DNA of 60,566 nucleotides, filler included, from Piptocephalis cylindrospora (Eukaryota), in the NCBI GenBank assembly GCA_003614145.1. It is 12 parts of 12 records of this genome, joined end to end, with 100 filler letters (N's around TTAATTAATTAA, not from the genome) between each part and the next. Parts side by side here need not be neighbours in the genome. Positions count along the whole stretch, not along the records: positions 55,652 to 60,566 come from KZ988456.1; 11 more parts are not named here. One strand, written 5' to 3'. The notes under the pieces are model-generated. The model saw only the letters and a program-made list of their open reading frames with translations. It was not told the origin of the DNA and did not search any database. This document shows positions 59,616-60,566 of the stretch, piece after piece; position 1 is the stretch's first letter; every line of letters begins with the position of its first letter. Position numbers and translations under genes: made by a program.

Positions 59616-60566
59616 ATGCCCTTGTCGGAAAAGGATAGCCGCTCTATGGTGGACGTCGAGATAGCGGATGAGAAGCAAGAGGTTGCCTCCCTAGACGTCC
59701 CCGTGGGACGCGCCCCCGATGGTACCCCACAGGCCGAGTTTGGTCAGCCCAAGAAGTACCAAGGTAACTTTGGCACCTACATTAACATCATCTGTGTCCT
59801 CGCCGGAAGTGGTACCTTGAGTTTGCCCCTGGCATTCAAGCAAGCCGGATGGTTCGGTATCTTTGTCCTTCTCTGGTCCTGTCTCATGGCCACCTACTGT
59901 GGTCGTCTCCTCATCAAGTGCCTCTACTATCAAGAGGGCAAGAGGCTCCAGGGCTTCCCCGAGGTTGCCCAGGCCGCCTTTGGTGTCTTTGGCAAGTACT
60001 TTGTCGGCATCTTCTATAACTCCATCCTTCTCGGTGGCCCCATCCTCTACCTCATCCTCTCCGCCTCCAACATGCACCAGATGCTCGAACCCTACAATGT
60101 CGGGGTCAGCGTCAAGGTGTGGGTTGTTATTTGGGGCTGCGCCCTCCTCCCCCCCCCTGATCTACTTCAAGACCATGAAGGATGTCACCCTCTTTGGCTT
60201 CTTTGGCGCCTTTGCCACCGTCTTCACTGTCATCGTCGTCACCATCGCCGCCTTTGTCAACTGGGGCCGCGCAGGCCATCCCCAGGCCGTCCATCATCCT
60301 GCCCTCAGCAAGGAGCTTCCCACTGCCCTCGGCACCATTGCCTTTTCCTACGGAGGAAACGTCGTCCTCCCCCATGTCCAGCAGGTCATGCGACATCCCC
60401 GCGCCTGGTCCTGGGTCTACCCCATCGCCATTTTCTCCGTCACCGCCGTCTACCTCCTCATCGCCGTCTCTGGATACTACGTCTACGGTGAAGAAGTCGT
60501 CTCTCCCATCTACAACAATCTCCCCGACTCCTGGTACAAGACCATGTCCATTGTCGTCATCACCAT
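59616..60566 (+). CDS. Amino acid transporter (Aa_trans/AVT-like), 3'-partial, with a frameshift in C9 at 60149-60157
   Basis: NIICVLAGSGTLSLPLAFKQAGW.G...YCGRLLIKCLY; after the C-run another frame gives LIYFKTMKDVTLFGFFG...ALGTIAFSYGGNVVLPHVQQVMRHP. Confidence 0.92.

Noticed and set aside
1..60566. tRNA, rRNA, CRISPR arrays, transposases, prophage or prokaryotic defence genes
   Set aside because: None recognised by eye; tRNAscan-SE, Infernal and repeat searches would be needed to exclude small RNAs or decayed elements.

Overview
This is eukaryotic (fungal) DNA, not one locus. It is 12 separate ~4.9-5.0 kb contigs sorted by decreasing length (4998, 4989, 4975, 4968, 4962, 4960, 4956, 4954, 4935, 4927, 4927, 4915 bp) and joined by artificial 100-bp linkers (44 N + TTAATTAATTAA + 44 N). 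Genes are compact with short GT-AG introns, and contig ends often fall in poly-C/G runs, which fits a fragmented short-read, possibly single-cell/MDA, assembly of an early-diverging fungus (a Zoopagomycota such as Piptocephalis is my unverified guess). Recognisable genes: class-3 lipase-like (partial), bacterial-type xylulokinase, RPP1, SEC2, RSM22, GS-I-like ligase, Sel1-repeat protein, RPB9, TMA22, class II DAHP synthase, Kelch membrane protein, NAT3, MDM35, HAP2, HbrB/Bit61-like protein, mitochondrial MetAP, truncated EFM7/NNT1, PBP1, a tyrosine phosphatase, a YANK kinase, gamma-glutamyltranspeptidase (GGT), ASK1, SWD2 and an amino-acid transporter. Most interesting: (1) contig 11 closes on itself through an exact 55-bp terminal repeat and the GGT gene reads in frame across the junction, implying a 4872-bp tandem array or extrachromosomal circle; (2) an orphan ORF resembles a divergent group I truncated haemoglobin and sits beside a local duplication; (3) an intronless bacterial-type XylB shares a contig with an intron-containing fungal gene (HGT candidate). 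All family assignments come from motif recognition by eye; no database searches were run.
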